DNA of 61,535 bases, filler included, from Sphacelaria rigidula (GCA_964200075.2; 11 parts of 11 records of this genome joined end to end with filler, not necessarily neighbours in it); one strand, 5' to 3'. Shown: positions 12,056 through 24,822, counted from the first letter of the whole stretch. Notes: generated from the sequence alone by a model not told the origin. Made by a program: numbers and translations.

Positions 12056-15000
12056 GCGCCGAGAGGAGAGCTCGATCCGTATGAAAAACTGGAAGCAGAA
12101 ATGGATCCCCACTTGACGGAGATAGAGGTGGTCCTGGAGCTGCTCAAGCTGAGGGTGGAGGCTGAGCTCAAGGCGACCCCGACGGCCGTGCCGCCGTTCG
12201 AGGCAAGTATTCATAATAAATAATAACTAATGGCATGACCGCCGGCAAGTGTAGGTCTGTTGGGAATAACTTTGCGATTAAATATATCGGTATGTATTTT
12301 TCTTCTCGGCCGCACCGGCTCTTGTGTTTCTATTATTCCGCTGTGTGTGTGTACGCCTTTATTGTCATTTCGCGTTTTTTGCTTATCTTCATCTTCTTGA
12401 TTTTTCACATCCTGCACAGGGACAGCAATTAGATATGATAGAGGCCGAGGACGAGCAACTATATTTAGTAATTTAGTAGGAGAAATTGTAGCCGCTGAGC
12501 TAGCAAGTAAATAGAACTAGCGGTTAAGCTAGCGACCGGTGCTTCTCTTCTCTGCTGGTGTATTATTTGCAAAAAATTGTTTGTACGGTAATTCTCACCG
12601 CACCCGGCGACGGGATACTTATTTCATACGAAAGAGTGCTATGACCACTAACGACTCACTCTGTTCCGTCCCTGAGCGCTACCATGACGAACCACTCATG
12701 TGCTTGGCTGTCCGTCCTCATGCGTACCTCCCCCCTGCCCAGGCGCATGCCTCCCAAACGGCTTTTGCCAGAGGGATCCTTCGCAAAACAACGCTCCCCC
12801 TCCCTCCCCCAGCTGTCGCTGTCCCTAGAAACACCATCCTCACTGCGGTTGCTCCGAACGTTTCATTATCTAACCTTTTAAACGGTTTCCCTGGCGGTAA
12901 ATTGTGTTATTACACAGCACAGTACGCCCATCACGTGAACCTATTCCATACGATTGAATCCTTGAGTTCGCCCAAAATAATGCGTTTTCCGTGTGGAAGC
13001 CATAGAGTTCGAGAACTACACTCCATATATTGGTGTGTGTGCAAAGTAAGTTTCAGCGATAGCATCACCATCATCAATGAAAACCCAACCATTCGATACT
13101 CCCGCATATCTCTTATGACGACGGCCGGATTCGTCGTGGAGTAAGAAAAATGACAATCGATCAATAACTCACTCGACCGACCGATTGGATATTCACGTGT
13201 GCTTCCCAAAACAGGTATCGAAGTTTATCGCCGTGCAGGCAGAGGAACAGCTCTCGGCCGTCATCGATGGCGGCGCGTACACGTTCAGTGCCGGTCATGC
13301 CCAATGTCTCGACGACAACAAGGTGAAGGACAAAGTTGGGGTCGTGGCCACAAACGTATATGCGGTCATTTTTTTCCCCGGGCGATTGTCGTTCTCCGCA
13401 GAAGTCTTCCGACCGCACGTATGACGACAGAACAGATCATCCACGCCGTCAAACAGAGTGTTGATTTCGTTGGGGTGTGCGTTGAACAGAGTACTGTTCT
13501 GTCCGATAGTAGATACTCGAATGTACAGAGCTACTACGAGTATGGTGTGTCAAAATGGATAAAAATCGCGATACGCGTGTCATTTTGTTCAATATGCTTG
13601 TCGCACATGCGGATTATTCTCAAAAAGGGCAGTGTCATACCGCGAGTATGATTGATGAGTTAGCGAAAAACACACGGTGGGTGGAAGTTTATAGTCTCGA
13701 AAAAAGTAGAGATAGAGAGTCTACTGAGTCGTCGAATGAGATACCCCATGGCGACCGCTCAAAGCAGGACACGAAGACGCTGAGACTGCGGTAGGCCACA
13801 AGGTTTGAAGAAGAAAATCAAGCTTGGTCAGTGCCAAGCGCATTTTGCTTTTTTCCTTACAGGAGGTCAACCCGGGGAATCGGCGATTATTGAAGCCCTT
13901 ATGGTGCGACAATTCATATGTAAAAGCTGCTCAATCAACGAAACTTCTGGACGTTCGAGCTACGTTTGTTTCTTCGTTGTTGTACCTGAACTGGTATCTT
14001 AGGGCCCCAGCCGTACTTCTTATCCACAAGATGGGCGTACCTAAGATAATTCAAACAGAAACGCCTCCCTTGAGCAGAAGAAGAGGCGGGGGAAAAGCAA
14101 GAATGTAGAACAAACGGAGCAAACTGGAAAACAGAAACCAAAAACCGAAAACAACACCGAGCAGGAAAAACGAAGGGGGGAGGAATTAGGAAAAGGAGAA
14201 GAAGTAGGGGGAAAAAGAAGAAGAAACCAGATCCTGATGAATATAATTGATCCATTCATGGCGAGATAAAATTAGAAATGGTTGACCCCTCAACATGGCT
14301 TCAGGTGGAAGACACCGTGCGCTAAGAGCACGTCTACCCATGCACAGAACAAAATCGGGAAGGCTGTGGGTACAAATTGCGGCTCAGCTATTTCGGACGA
14401 CACTATTTGGGCATGAGCTGTCACACAAAAATCCTACGGGGAGCAAGGCACGAAACTGCTATTGTATAACACTGAAAAAAGACAGAGAGGAAGAGACAGA
14501 AACGAAGTGTGAGAAAGGATCAAACAAAGAAAAACAAGTACGGAAAGCGATGAAAGCACAGGACGACGTCGAGCAATGTGGGTGAGCACAGCTAGGAACA
14601 CCAAAAGGCCACAAGCCAAGGAAAAAGGCAATAACCTACATGAGACGACAAGGGTAAATCAGTTTCCGTGTTGGCCTCGCTTCCTCCATTCACCCCCGGT
14701 CGGGTAAAACGCGCGCCACTCTTTCGACTACTATCATCCTGGATTCCTCGCGCGCCGTTGCTGTCGTTGTGTCAGCGGTGGCGGTTCCCCGACTGGCGTC
14801 TCTTGATCCAGCAGCCTCTCGTTTGTGGCGAAGGTTCGATTTGAGTTTGTCTTGGCGCCGCCACGTCTCCTCGTGATGTACCACCTCTTTCTCCGCTCTG
14901 AGATGCCATTTTCCCGTGTTCGTCGCCGTGGTGACCCTCATCGTGTGCGTCTTCGACCTCCACACCGTGGACGAACCATTCTTGTTGTCCTCCTTGGTAT

Positions 15001-15981
15001 GTAAGAGCTCTTACTGCACGCAGGTTTTCATCGGGACGGTTCCCCCAGTGCTTGGGGTGCCGGCCAGCTGGGCCCTTTTCCGGCTTACCGTCCGAACCTG
15101 ATGCGCTTTGAAAGACGTATTTCTTCCTGCCGGACGAGAGCCCCCGCGAATCAGAGTTGACGCTTGCGGAGGGTCGTCCCGTTACGTTCGCGGTTGGTCA
15201 TCTCGAGCACATCTCTGTGTGAAGAAGTCTTCTCGTCAATTCGCTCTTCCCTGCTGGATCTAACGTGGTGGGCAGCGCGCGGACCCTCGAAGTCCTCGGA
15301 GCGCAGCGTCCATGTAGTACATCCGTACAGCATAGTTTCCACCACCTTCGCTTTAAGAACCCGGATTTTCAACGATAGCTGCGCGTTGGATCGATTGCAG
15401 AGTTGGGGGCTAGACGTTCGGAGGGGTGCGCTCGTCGCTCTGATGCGGCGGTTGATTTCGATGGAACTATTCGCATCTGTACTGATAGCACCACCAAGAG
15501 AAAAAGACCCGGCCACCTTTGTTTTTATCGTTGACCTGCCGCCTTTGATGTATAGTGCAGACTTGGCGGAGGTGGGTACTGATCACCGGCGTATGGACTC
15601 CAATATCGTCCGTAAGAGCTCTCCACACTACTACAGTACATCCTTGAACCTAGACTGTACAACTACGGCACGGACGCAGCCCTCACGATTGCCGCCAGTG
15701 TTGCATGTGAGCACATGTCTTAGCACACATCTTTCTCTTATATGCCTTCTCGAGCGTACATGCCTTCGGGGACAGCGCATAAGAAAATATTATCCACCAC
15801 ATATGCGTTGAATAACAATGTGGGATATATCTCCAAATTCTCGCAGGTGGCGGCCGCGAAACAGGAATTGTTGCAGAAGTCTAAGCGCAGCATCAACTCC
15901 TGTCTCCGCGTCCATCCTCCCACAAAGGGCAAGTGGACGTCGTTGGACGGACGAAAGATTGAGGCATCCAGCCTCGAGCAG
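12056..15981 (+). CDS. Internal exons of an unknown protein: 12056-12202, 13215-13322, 13436-13544, 13863-13903, 15847-15981
   Basis: All five exons have CAG acceptors and GT or GC donors (AG|GCAAGT, AG|GTGAAG, G|GTGTGT, TG|GTGCGA, AG|GTGAGA). Their phases chain (0,0,1,0) into a stop-free peptide: [39 protein letters not shown]...[20 protein letters not shown]...[18 protein letters not shown]...[38 protein letters not shown]. Confidence 0.7.
14660..15560 (-). mobile_element. RTE-like LINE, degenerate 3' part of ORF2, in an intron
   Basis: [19 protein letters not shown]...[25 protein letters not shown]...TTLRKRQL matches the RT-thumb/C-terminal pattern (YLG...EI..RI...K..l....V...LLYG.ETW) of RTE-clade elements. 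Confidence 0.85.
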
Positions 15982-17208
15982 GTGAGATATACCCCACTGA
16001 GTCATTCATGATATGACCGTGGTCCTGGCGAGGGACCGCGGCGGAAGAGGGCGGGGTTGTGCTCATGATCTCGCATGCCGTACTCGTAAGACCGTTGATC
16101 TTGCATCCCAGAGGGATCCCACGGGCATTCCAGAGGGGGTGGGGGTGGGGGGGCGAGGGGTGAAAGGTATTGTGGAATCATCTATCATACTGTCTTTCAC
16201 TTGAATATCGAGCATTGGGCTGTCACAACTGTCAGCACTGCCGCAATACGCCGACTTGCATCCTCGGATCATTTTGTCATCTACCTTTCTCACGTCTTAG
16301 CACAAGAGTGGCCAGAAAAAAAACTTCGCTGTCGAGACTCGGACCCACAAACGAGTGAGAACAAATGCCGTAGACCGATTTGCTTTGGTCGCCGGGGAGC
16401 GGCAGCATAGCAATCATGGCGCAGCTTGAAATTGCCGGCCTTGGCTGGTGACGTGGCTCCAAGATAAACTTCTGCGGAGAGGGGTGGTGACCAAAACAGC
16501 AGCACGGCTGGGGTGTGGGGGCGAGAAATCTCATTTTTTTCTCGATAGCCGGGCGAGTGGGGAAAGAGAGATTCATTATTTTTTTGGATATTGTTTGGAT
16601 AAATACACACGGTGAATATGATGACTATACCTCTCTTCAGCTCACCCTTCATGCGACTCGCCGAACACACCGCGGCGCTTCGCGCTGGGTGATTGAGTGC
16701 GAGCCTGGTCTGNNNNNNNNNNNNNNNNNNNNNNNNNNNNNNNNNNNNNNNNNNNNTTAATTAATTAANNNNNNNNNNNNNNNNNNNNNNNNNNNNNNNN
16801 NNNNNNNNNNNNCAGGGAAAGCACGGCTTTTGAGTTGAACCTCATTTTTTTTTCAACCCCATTTTCGAAAATCGGCTGTTCTTAGGTGTTCAAATTCAGA
16901 TGCGGTCCAAAAAACGTGCGGTCCTCCCACGCTTCGAATCTCCACCAATGGCTCGACCTCTACTGTCGAGCCGCTTGATACCGGTTTCGCTGCACCTAAC
17001 CTTCGATGACTCCAGTTGTACAATAGGTCGAAACGAAGTGCTGCTGGTTCCCGTGAAGAAGTGGTGGGTGCCACAGATCTTGTGTATCTTGAAAATCCTG
17101 GCCTCATCGAGTTGTGTGTTTGAGAACGCGTGGGACGAGGGTCGGGGGGACACGGAACGAAGCTCATACAATGCCCCAGAGGGACGGGACAGCATCGAAC
17201 TTAGCTTT

Positions 17209-17286
17209 TGTTAAGATACCGATTGACTGCTGAGCTAAACAGCCAGCGCTGGCTATTTAGCTCAGCAGTCAATCGGTATCTTAACA
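17209..17286. repeat. 78-bp spacerless palindrome with 1 mismatch
   Basis: tgttaagataccgattgactgctgagctaaacagccagc|gctggctatttagctcagcagtcaatcggtatcttaaca; 38 of 39 positions pair. Confidence 0.95.
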
Positions 17287-17305
17287 GACAGCACTGGTTA
17301 CATAC

Positions 17306-19165
17306 CAGTATACGGTACATCTTTGTGCTGGTCCGATAAAATCATTTACACGTCGAACAGTTATCTCTTGACAAACGCGATAAATAACTCAAACCTAAAA
17401 AAAGCACCACTACGAGCAAAGCACAAGGCTAAAAGGTCGAGCGGCATCATTCCTTCGCCGGGAAATTGCGCCAAAGTTGACCGAAGCCTGTGCGTCGACT
17501 AAAATATCGGAGGCTTCAAGAGAAGAGATCCTGAAGAGGATGGTAGCGGTGGTTTATATTACTACTCCGCAACCTGTGCAACCACCCTGGAGATCGCTCC
17601 ACTACTACATCCGCCGGAACAAACACCCCGGGGCAATGTCACCCCAGGGAATTTTCAAAGTTTGAGTGGTGGTCGTAATACTCCGCACATCGGTACATCT
17701 ATTCGAAAAATGCGTGCTCTCACACCAATGGATAGCCCTCCGCCGAAGATTTACATCCAAGGAAGTTTAGGAGACGGTGGTGCCGATCAACTGCTGCTCT
17801 CCAGCTTACGTCGATCCGGCTGACCGGCGCGCGACGAAAATAATTCGGCGCTTGAAACTTTGTAGATACTGTGATGCGTGAGAGGACCGCATCGCAGTTC
17901 AAAATACCTCAGGATCGACGTTTTTCGAAATCAATCGGGTCAGTCCCTGCAGGTACCACGCCCCTGACTCTAACCCCAACGTTAACTCTAACCCTAACCC
18001 TACCCATAGGGGTGTTCAAATTCCGATGCGGTCCTCTAAGTACGCGGTCCTCTCACGCATTACAGATACTCCACACAACCCTGAAAATGTGCTGAGCTCG
18101 TCTCCACACCAGTCCCGTGATAAAGCCTTACTTGCCCACTTCCTCAGCTGCCCTCCGCCCCCACACTAACTCTAACCCTAACCATGGGGATGTTCAAATT
18201 CTGATGCGGTCCTCTAAGCACGCGGTCCTCTCACGTATTACCGCAGTATACGGTACATCTTTGTGTTCCGATAATATCATTCACCACGTCGAACAGTTAT
18301 CCCTTGACAAACGCGGTAAACAACTCAAACCTAAAAAAACACCACTACGAGTAAAGTACCAGGTTAAAGGTCGAGCGGCATCATTCCTGCGCCGGGAAAA
18401 TGCGCCAGACTTGACCGAAGCCTGTGCGTCGACTAAAATATCGGAGGCTTCAAGAGAAGAGATCCTGAGAGTGATGCTACGATAGGGGAGGAGTATTTTG
18501 GGCCATTTTTTTCCACGAAATTCTACTTGAAATCGTCATTAACAGCAGCAACGGCTGTTCTTTGGCGCTTGCTTCTGGTAAATAACGCTCACTCATACTG
18601 CTTGACACCGCTTGTATCCAACTACAAGAGCATCACGAGTTTCCTAGTTCGTCTGAAACATCCATGAGCCCATTTTTTCGTGGAATCAAACACGCCCCCC
18701 CCCTATCGTAGCATGACTCCTGAACAGGATGGTAGCGGTGGTTTATGATACCCCGCAACCGGTGCAACCACCCTGGAGATTGCTCCACTACTACACCCCC
18801 GCCGAAACAAACACCCCGGGGCAATGTCACCCCAGGGAATTTCAAAAGTTCGAGTGGTGTTGGTACTACTCCGCACATCGGTACATCTTTCCGAAAAATG
18901 CGTGTCCTCATCAATAGACAGCCCTCCGCCGAAGATTTACATCCAAGGAACTTTAGGAGGCGATGGTGCCGGTCAACTGCTGCTCTCCAGCTTACGTCGA
19001 TCCGGCTGACCGGCGCGCGACGAAAATAATTCGGCGCTTCAAACCTTGTAGATACTCCACGCAGCCCTGACCTGGGAAAATGTGCTGAACTCGTCTTCAC
19101 ACCGGAGTCCCGCGATACAGCCTTACTTGCCCAACTCCTCAGCTGCCCCCCGCCCCCACACTAAC
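17306..19165 (+). repeat. Tandem direct duplication of a repeat unit of roughly 0.9 kb
   Basis: 17306-17870 matches 18245-19058 once the 18469-18719 insert is removed, and 18064-18170 matches 19052-19165. ctaaccct telomere-like tracts lie near 17968-18008. Confidence 0.85.
18469..18719. mobile_element. 251-bp MITE with 20-bp TIRs (GAGT[G/C]ATGCTACGATAGGGG) and a 4-bp TSD (CTGA); Sola-like
   Basis: TIRs match at 19 of 20 positions; ctga at 18465-18468 and 18720-18723. The paralogous empty site gatcctgaagagg is at about 17527. Confidence 0.85.
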
Positions 19166-20044
19166 TTTTTTTCCATCCCTCGCACTGGCCTGTGAAATCT
19201 GAGCTACAACACAAATCGTCAAGTGTTTCGTCGTATCGTGCACCTGCAACGCTCAAGACGTCATGCGCTACTTTGCTCTCTTCGCTTTGGTCGTGGCCAC
19301 CGTGCTCAAGATGTCTGCTGGTGAGTGATTTTGCTCATCTTCGTAACAGCACCCCCCGTTCTTCATGCAGGTGCCCCCTCCCGATGATTGCTTCTTTGAA
19401 ACCGAATTTCAGTGGGCAGAAGAAAAGGAATACTTGACGCACTTGATGTTCAGTATATTAAGAACCGTGTTGAATGTGCTCCCGCTCGGCGAAATTAAAT
19501 TCTTGTGAATCCATGTGATTGATTGAAGTGTCTGCCGTGTCCAACATCATTTACCTTCGGATCTTTCCAGGGCTCGCAGTCCCAACAAGCGCTCGCACAG
19601 CGTGCGCACAGCGTGGGAAGCAAGCGTTTCGACTCAATCCAGTGTCTGATGCGCCAGCATTACCCGTTATGTCTAAGTAATTTTCTGGACCTCTCTTACC
19701 CACGGGTTCTTGGTGTGCGTTGGGGCGGGGTTACCGTTGATGTTTCGTTGGGGATCACCGTTTTTACTCGTAGGCTCAGGATCGAAGCTGTCGGTTAAAA
19801 ACTCTTGTAAGTGTCATAGAAAAGCCCCGATCATCGAACAAATTGAGAGCTATAATAGGTAAAGATACGGGTGCTCCAAATGGGAAAACGACAGTTGAAG
19901 GATATCTCACTGGTTACTAGACTATACCCGCTCTCTATTAACTCCCAGGGGTCCCAGCGTTAAGACCCCGTAGAAGCAGGTACAGATTATTTCCAGAAAG
20001 AATAAATTCGAACTTGACTCGCCTCGAGGTAGTCGAAGAAACGG

Positions 20045-20760
20045 GTACACGTTGCCTTGGGTGCAGTTCCTCACTCTTGCCAGCTTCTAACTTGTCAGTT
20101 TTAGCTGGAAGAAGACGGTGTGAACGATTCGTGGTCTACAGCGCACAAGCAGTACTGCACCTGGCTGCATTTCGATTCCGTTAGGGTTAGTACCCTAACC
20201 CTCACCCTCATGACGTCGTGCACCATCGTTTAATGGGTGGCATGCTGAAAACCATCACAGTGCAGCCTTGCCTATCGTTTGAAAGTGCTGCGTACTGTAC
20301 CGTACAATTGAGTGTACTGTATCGCTGTAGTTCACCGTACCGTAATGCATGATGTAGCTCTAGTCTACTCTTGTAGGGTTCTGCATTGCACTATTTGTAC
20401 TGCATCGTCTGTACTCCACACTGCACAGCACTACACCACTACAGTACAGTGCCCAGTAGTGTGCCGTAGTAGATTGAAATACTGCAGATGTAGTGAAGCG
20501 TAGTGCTCGATACGCACGGTGCCGCAGTGTACGGTACCGTCTGTGTTTTGCCGGCCTATGCACTCTCGAACTGGACGCTGGTAGACCATACATTTGGCGG
20601 GGCAACCTGCGGCCAATCACTGCGACAAAAAATCACATCAAGCCACGTCACATCAGCGTCTGCTGTACACCTTTTAGCGTCCACTCTGAAGTTTCAAAGC
20701 TTCCACTCTGCAGCTGCACTCTGACTCTCTGATGAGGAAAAACATCTTCCGAAGCTCCTT
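20045..20760 (+). repeat. Dispersed repeat shared with contig 7 (about 35750-37020)
   Basis: Colinear blocks such as aagaagacggtgt.aacgattcgtggtctacagcgcaca and caacctgcggccaatcactgcga occur in both contigs. Confidence 0.85.
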
Positions 20761-20817
20761 AATATCGAGATCCTCTGGGTCGTTTTTGAAGGCACTCGTT
20801 CTTATGGAAATCCGGAA

Positions 20818-20919
20818 TTTGAACAGCCTCTGCTACTCGGAATAAATCCTTCATGCCCGATTCCAAAAATTTGTAATCGGGCATGAAGGATTTATTCCGA
20901 GTGGCAGAGGCTGTTCAAA
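20818..20919. repeat. Near-perfect 102-bp hairpin
   Basis: tttgaacagcctctgctactcggaataaatccttcatgcccgatt pairs with aatcgggcatgaaggatttattccgagtggcagaggctgttcaaa. A related weaker inverted repeat follows at 20941-21052. Confidence 0.9.
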
Positions 20920-21406
20920 CCCCATACGCACTGATAAATTGGGATTTGTAGAGCAGAAGCTGTTCGAAATAAAACCTCGTTTTACCCGCCAATTCGTCCT
21001 GAAATTGGGCATTAAAATGACTCATTTGCGAGCAGCCTCTGCTCTTCAAGTCCCACATACTATGCAGTAATCAGCGAATAAATGAGGTTCGAGAGGCAGC
21101 AGAGGTTGTTGAAAGTCAATTCTCTTCCCCCCATATGTATTTGTCAATTGGTCAAAAAAAAAATGGAGTTCTTCAACAGTCTCCGCTGTATACAAATCTC
21201 ATACATCGATTGCGAATGTATGTTCACACGGCCGCGCTGTACAGGTTTGGCTGATGGTGAACAGTCGGCACATGCCTCGTAACTGTATACATATATACGT
21301 GTCCTGAAAAACCTGTAGTCTAGTGTCTACCCCAACAACACACCAAGGCATTTGTTTTCATCAAAAGCGCGAAAAACTCTGAACGCGGTTTATTCTGCAC
21401 TTCGAT

Positions 21407-22315
21407 GGCGTACTCATTCGTTGCTTGCCTTAGTCGTTTGACCATGGACCACGCACCCCTTTCGAGACGGAGCACCGTTCCTACTCCTGATAGAACCACT
21501 TCCAACATTCCGGCGCTCATCAAGTTTCTTCCATACACTACAAAAGAACATTTTACATATATTATCCCCGTCCTGTTTCGCCGTCTCTGGCCACCTCTAT
21601 CTCCTAGTATAGCAATTGTTTTCTTCCCATTGTCTAACGCATCAAATGATTTCATCCCACCTTCGTTCACATCCCGCATTTCTCCTTCTAGCACGTCCCG
21701 TTCCTCCTTGTAGTTCACATTCTGCCACTGTAGGACTTCTGTTCTCTAGTCCTTTGCCACAAAGGCAGTTCTGTCCATCTACTTCCTTCTCCTTCCGACG
21801 ACTGGTACATCTCCTTCTTCTTTCTGGCAGGTTCAGGTCCCCCACCCGAAATCACAGTTTGATATTTTACGCAGCGCCGATTGGGCCATGCAAATATTAT
21901 GCTTTTATCCGTATCCCTTCTCTCAACCACCCGTTCATCTCCAGGTGTTTTTTCTCGTCTACTTCGCGTCTGAGCGCTCATTTTCCCCTTATTTCTATTA
22001 TATCTATTCCTTTTGTCTTGTACCCCGCGTCTTCATCTATGGACAGTATTCAGTCTTGGTTTCCTCCTTTCTCCTTCCATATTTTCTCGACTTGTTTATC
22101 CCACCCACTCCAGCCTGCTCTTTCGTAGTTTTTTTCCATAGAGCTACAACCCTACCATCTATAGCTGGCAATATCTTTCTCTGTATGTTCTTTACGCTAT
22201 CTTACCATCGCAATTTCCTCATGTCTCTGTTTGGTTTTAGTGAGTACATTCCCAACTCTGCTTTCAAACTGTGATACTCGTCGTTTTCGAGCATCCAAGT
22301 ATTTTCTTAGCTGTT
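21407..22315 (-). mobile_element. LINE 3' portion (C-terminal Cys-rich region plus 3' terminus), degenerate
   Basis: Frameshifted GDLNLPERRRR...NCLCGKGLENRSPTVAECE..YKEERDVLEGEM...TIAILGDR resembles a decayed CCHC knuckle. It ends in ggtcaaacgactaaggcaagcaacgaatgagtacgcc, a terminus repeated at 32323, 32975, 33460 and 44945. Confidence 0.75.
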
Positions 22316-22639
22316 NNNNNNNNNNNNNNNNNNNNNNNNNNNNNNNNNNNNNNNNNNNNTTAATTAATTAANNNNNNNNNNNNNNNNNNNNNNNNNNNNN
22401 NNNNNNNNNNNNNNNTCTGAGGGTTAACCCTTAGACCGCGAGGTTAGTCTTTTGTTGAATCGGCATCGATTTCAAGTGAAAAAAAGTATGTATGATCCAG
22501 ATATTTGTCATCGAGGGGCTCTTACACTCTAAAACAAACAGGCTAAAAACAAAAGTGCACCCCTACTGTGGTATTGCTCTCGCCAAAACAAATATCCTCC
22601 CCCCCCCCGCAAAAAAAACACACCCAAAAACGAGCACAC

Positions 22640-22805
22640 CTCCTTGGATTGGAAGCCGAAGACGGGGAGGGTCACCCGCTCGTCAAACTGGCTGAACGTC
22701 TTAATATTCTCCACGTCCTCCAGCTTCAGCACCTCTGGGTAAGCGCGCGCGTGCTCGGCCGCCTTCATGTTGAGCCAGCTCAAGAAGACAGGCATGTAAA
22801 CGCGC
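22640..22805 (-). CDS. Internal exon of an alpha/beta-hydrolase (ABHD1/2/3 / YheT-like)
   Basis: TTTTTTCAG acceptor and GAG|GTGTGC donor. The peptide RVYMPVFLSWLNMKAAEHARAYPEVLKLEDVENIKTFSQFDERVTLPVFGFQSKE fits the family motif ..T..EFD...T...[FH]GF.S..[DE]YY. Confidence 0.8.
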
Positions 22806-23126
22806 CTGAAAAAACACACAAAAAAATATGACCGGAAAAACGTCCCATTATACGTTGCCTGCTGTTAGATATGGTTGCTGCCTTGGATCGGACAGTTGCA
22901 AGGACATGTCGAGTAGAGTATGTACTTTTGAGTACTCGAGTAAAATACCCGAGTATTTCCTCTACTCCATTTTTGAGTAGGCTAAGTACGGCCTCAAATA
23001 CTCTGCTCAAATATTGAGTAGATCGAATACGACCTCCAATACTCTACTCAAATATTGAGTGAGCACTTTCAGAAATACCTGAGTATAGAGTATCACTTGG
23101 GTATGACATTCATACTCTACTAAATT

Positions 23127-23623
23127 CAAGGTTGTGTTCTGTAGGGTACGGGTATGTTCTGTAGAGTATGGGATTCCTTACAGAACTTACAGAAATACCG
23201 GGTACCGGTATGAAAGTCTTCCAGAAACTACAAAACTGTCGGGTACCGGTATGAGGGTATTACAGGAATTACAGGACTTGTCGGGTACGGTACGGGAGGC
23301 TTACAGAGAGCCGTACCGGCAATCGTGCATTTCTTCAGGGCATACCTGCGCTACGGGTACGGGCGTACACGATGTACAAAACCCACACAACTGTTGGGCA
23401 AGGGTATGGAGGCCGTACAGAAAATCGTACCCGCAACAGGGTATGTCATCAAGAGCATACCTGTGTCTCCGGTAACGGTACAACTCACAGAACTATCTGG
23501 GAAGGGTATGAAAGACTTACAGATTTGACAGAACTGTCGGGTCCCGGTATGGAAGTGTCAGGAACGGTAAATACCCAGCAAATTACCCCGGGTATACAGA
23601 AAACCGTACCCTACAAAACACAG
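23127..23623. mobile_element. Nested MITE-like element with GGGTAC(C)GG / TACAGAA repeats
   Basis: tgtgttctgtagggtacgg (23133) is inverted relative to ccgtaccctacaaaacaca (23604-23622). The right end looks truncated. Confidence 0.65.
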
Positions 23624-23917
23624 TAGTACCTCAAATACTCTTATCAATTTTTGAGTAGATTGAGTACGACCTCCACTTCTCTCCCAAAATATTGAGTAAG
23701 CACTCTCAGTTATACGTGAGTATAGTGTATCACTTGAGTGTGACCTCAACACTCAATTTTTGAGTAGATTGAGTACGACCTCAAATACTTTACTCAAACA
23801 TTGAGTAGGTACTTCCCGTAAGACCCTAGTATAGAGTGTTCCTTGGGTATGATCTCAATACTCAACTCAATTTTTGGGTAGACTGAGTATAAGATCAAGT
23901 ACTGTACTCAAAATTTG

Positions 23918-24822
23918 CAGGGGTCTACACGTTACACGTGACACTTCAACCCTTTTTGAACTCACCATGGAAAATTATTCATTTGCAATTGATGGTTTTT
24001 GAGCAAGATATGGTTGATGGTTTACAGCTCAGACGCAACAACATTCACCCAATGCATGTTTTTCAGACCTGTGCGAGCGACAAGTGGAACAAAAGAAGGT
24101 TTCATATTTACCGATGTGCCGGACCAGACCCTGGAACCCATTGCTGTTTTTTCTAATGGAATGTTTCATAGTGTTTTTGCTAATTATTGTCGATGGATAC
24201 AATTGAACACACTCCATCTGTTGCGTGATATGATCGGACAAACCTCACTCGATCTCTCGAGGGAGGACATTTTTCCTGCACCCGCCGCGTGTGCTACTGG
24301 ATTTTTCTGCGGTCTTCTATTATAAAATGGTTGCTGTCGGCCTTTCCTGCTTCCATCTTTTCTTCTTTGTCAGGGCTTCTCATGATGGGGCGTTTGGCCG
24401 GGGGACAGCAGGGGAGGGTTCCAAAAGGGTTAACGTGACAATTTCGAAAAAATGTGACATTTAATGCTTCGTCAGGTTTAATTTTTTGGATGGGACAAAT
24501 GTAACGTAACGTGATGTAACGTGTGGTCCTTCGAATGAACCCTAACGTGGCGTTTTATTTCCCAAATATGACGAAACTCTGCTTGTTTTCGTGAATTTGT
24601 CACGTGTAACGTGTAACGTGTCACGTTGAAAATTTACAAAAACAGCCCGTTCTGCACCTGGAAAATCCCACAGGACGCTGCTTCAAGGTCCACACGGTAC
24701 ATCACGTGACGTTACATTTGTCCCGTCCAAAAAATCAAACCTTACGTAGCGTTAAATGACCTTGAAGTTTCGATTTTCCCGTTTTTTTCAAATGTGTCAC
24801 GTGTGTAACGTTTATATCCCTG
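23918..24822. mobile_element. Nested hAT-like non-autonomous element (CAGGG termini, GTAACGTG subterminal repeats)
   Basis: caggggtctacacgttacacgtgacac versus right reverse complement cagggatataaacgttacacacgtgacac; 8-bp flanks aaaatttg and gaaaattg (6 of 8). Confidence 0.75.

Noticed and set aside
13305..13322. LDDNK as a dynein heavy-chain AAA2 motif
   Set aside because: The surrounding WIENMNTV...KLCL context is absent.
15164..15811. 215-aa plus-strand ORF
   Set aside because: It is the antisense of the RTE LINE fragment.
16641..16712. Sixth exon of the contig-3 gene (LTLHATRRTHRGASRWVIECEPGL)
   Set aside because: It has a plausible acceptor, but the sequence is the reverse complement of the dispersed repeat at about 41540-41640.
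17968..18008. Telomere
   Set aside because: Only a few degenerate CTAACC units embedded in a dispersed repeat. Similar short tracts lie near 18165, 20190, 46400 and 54590.
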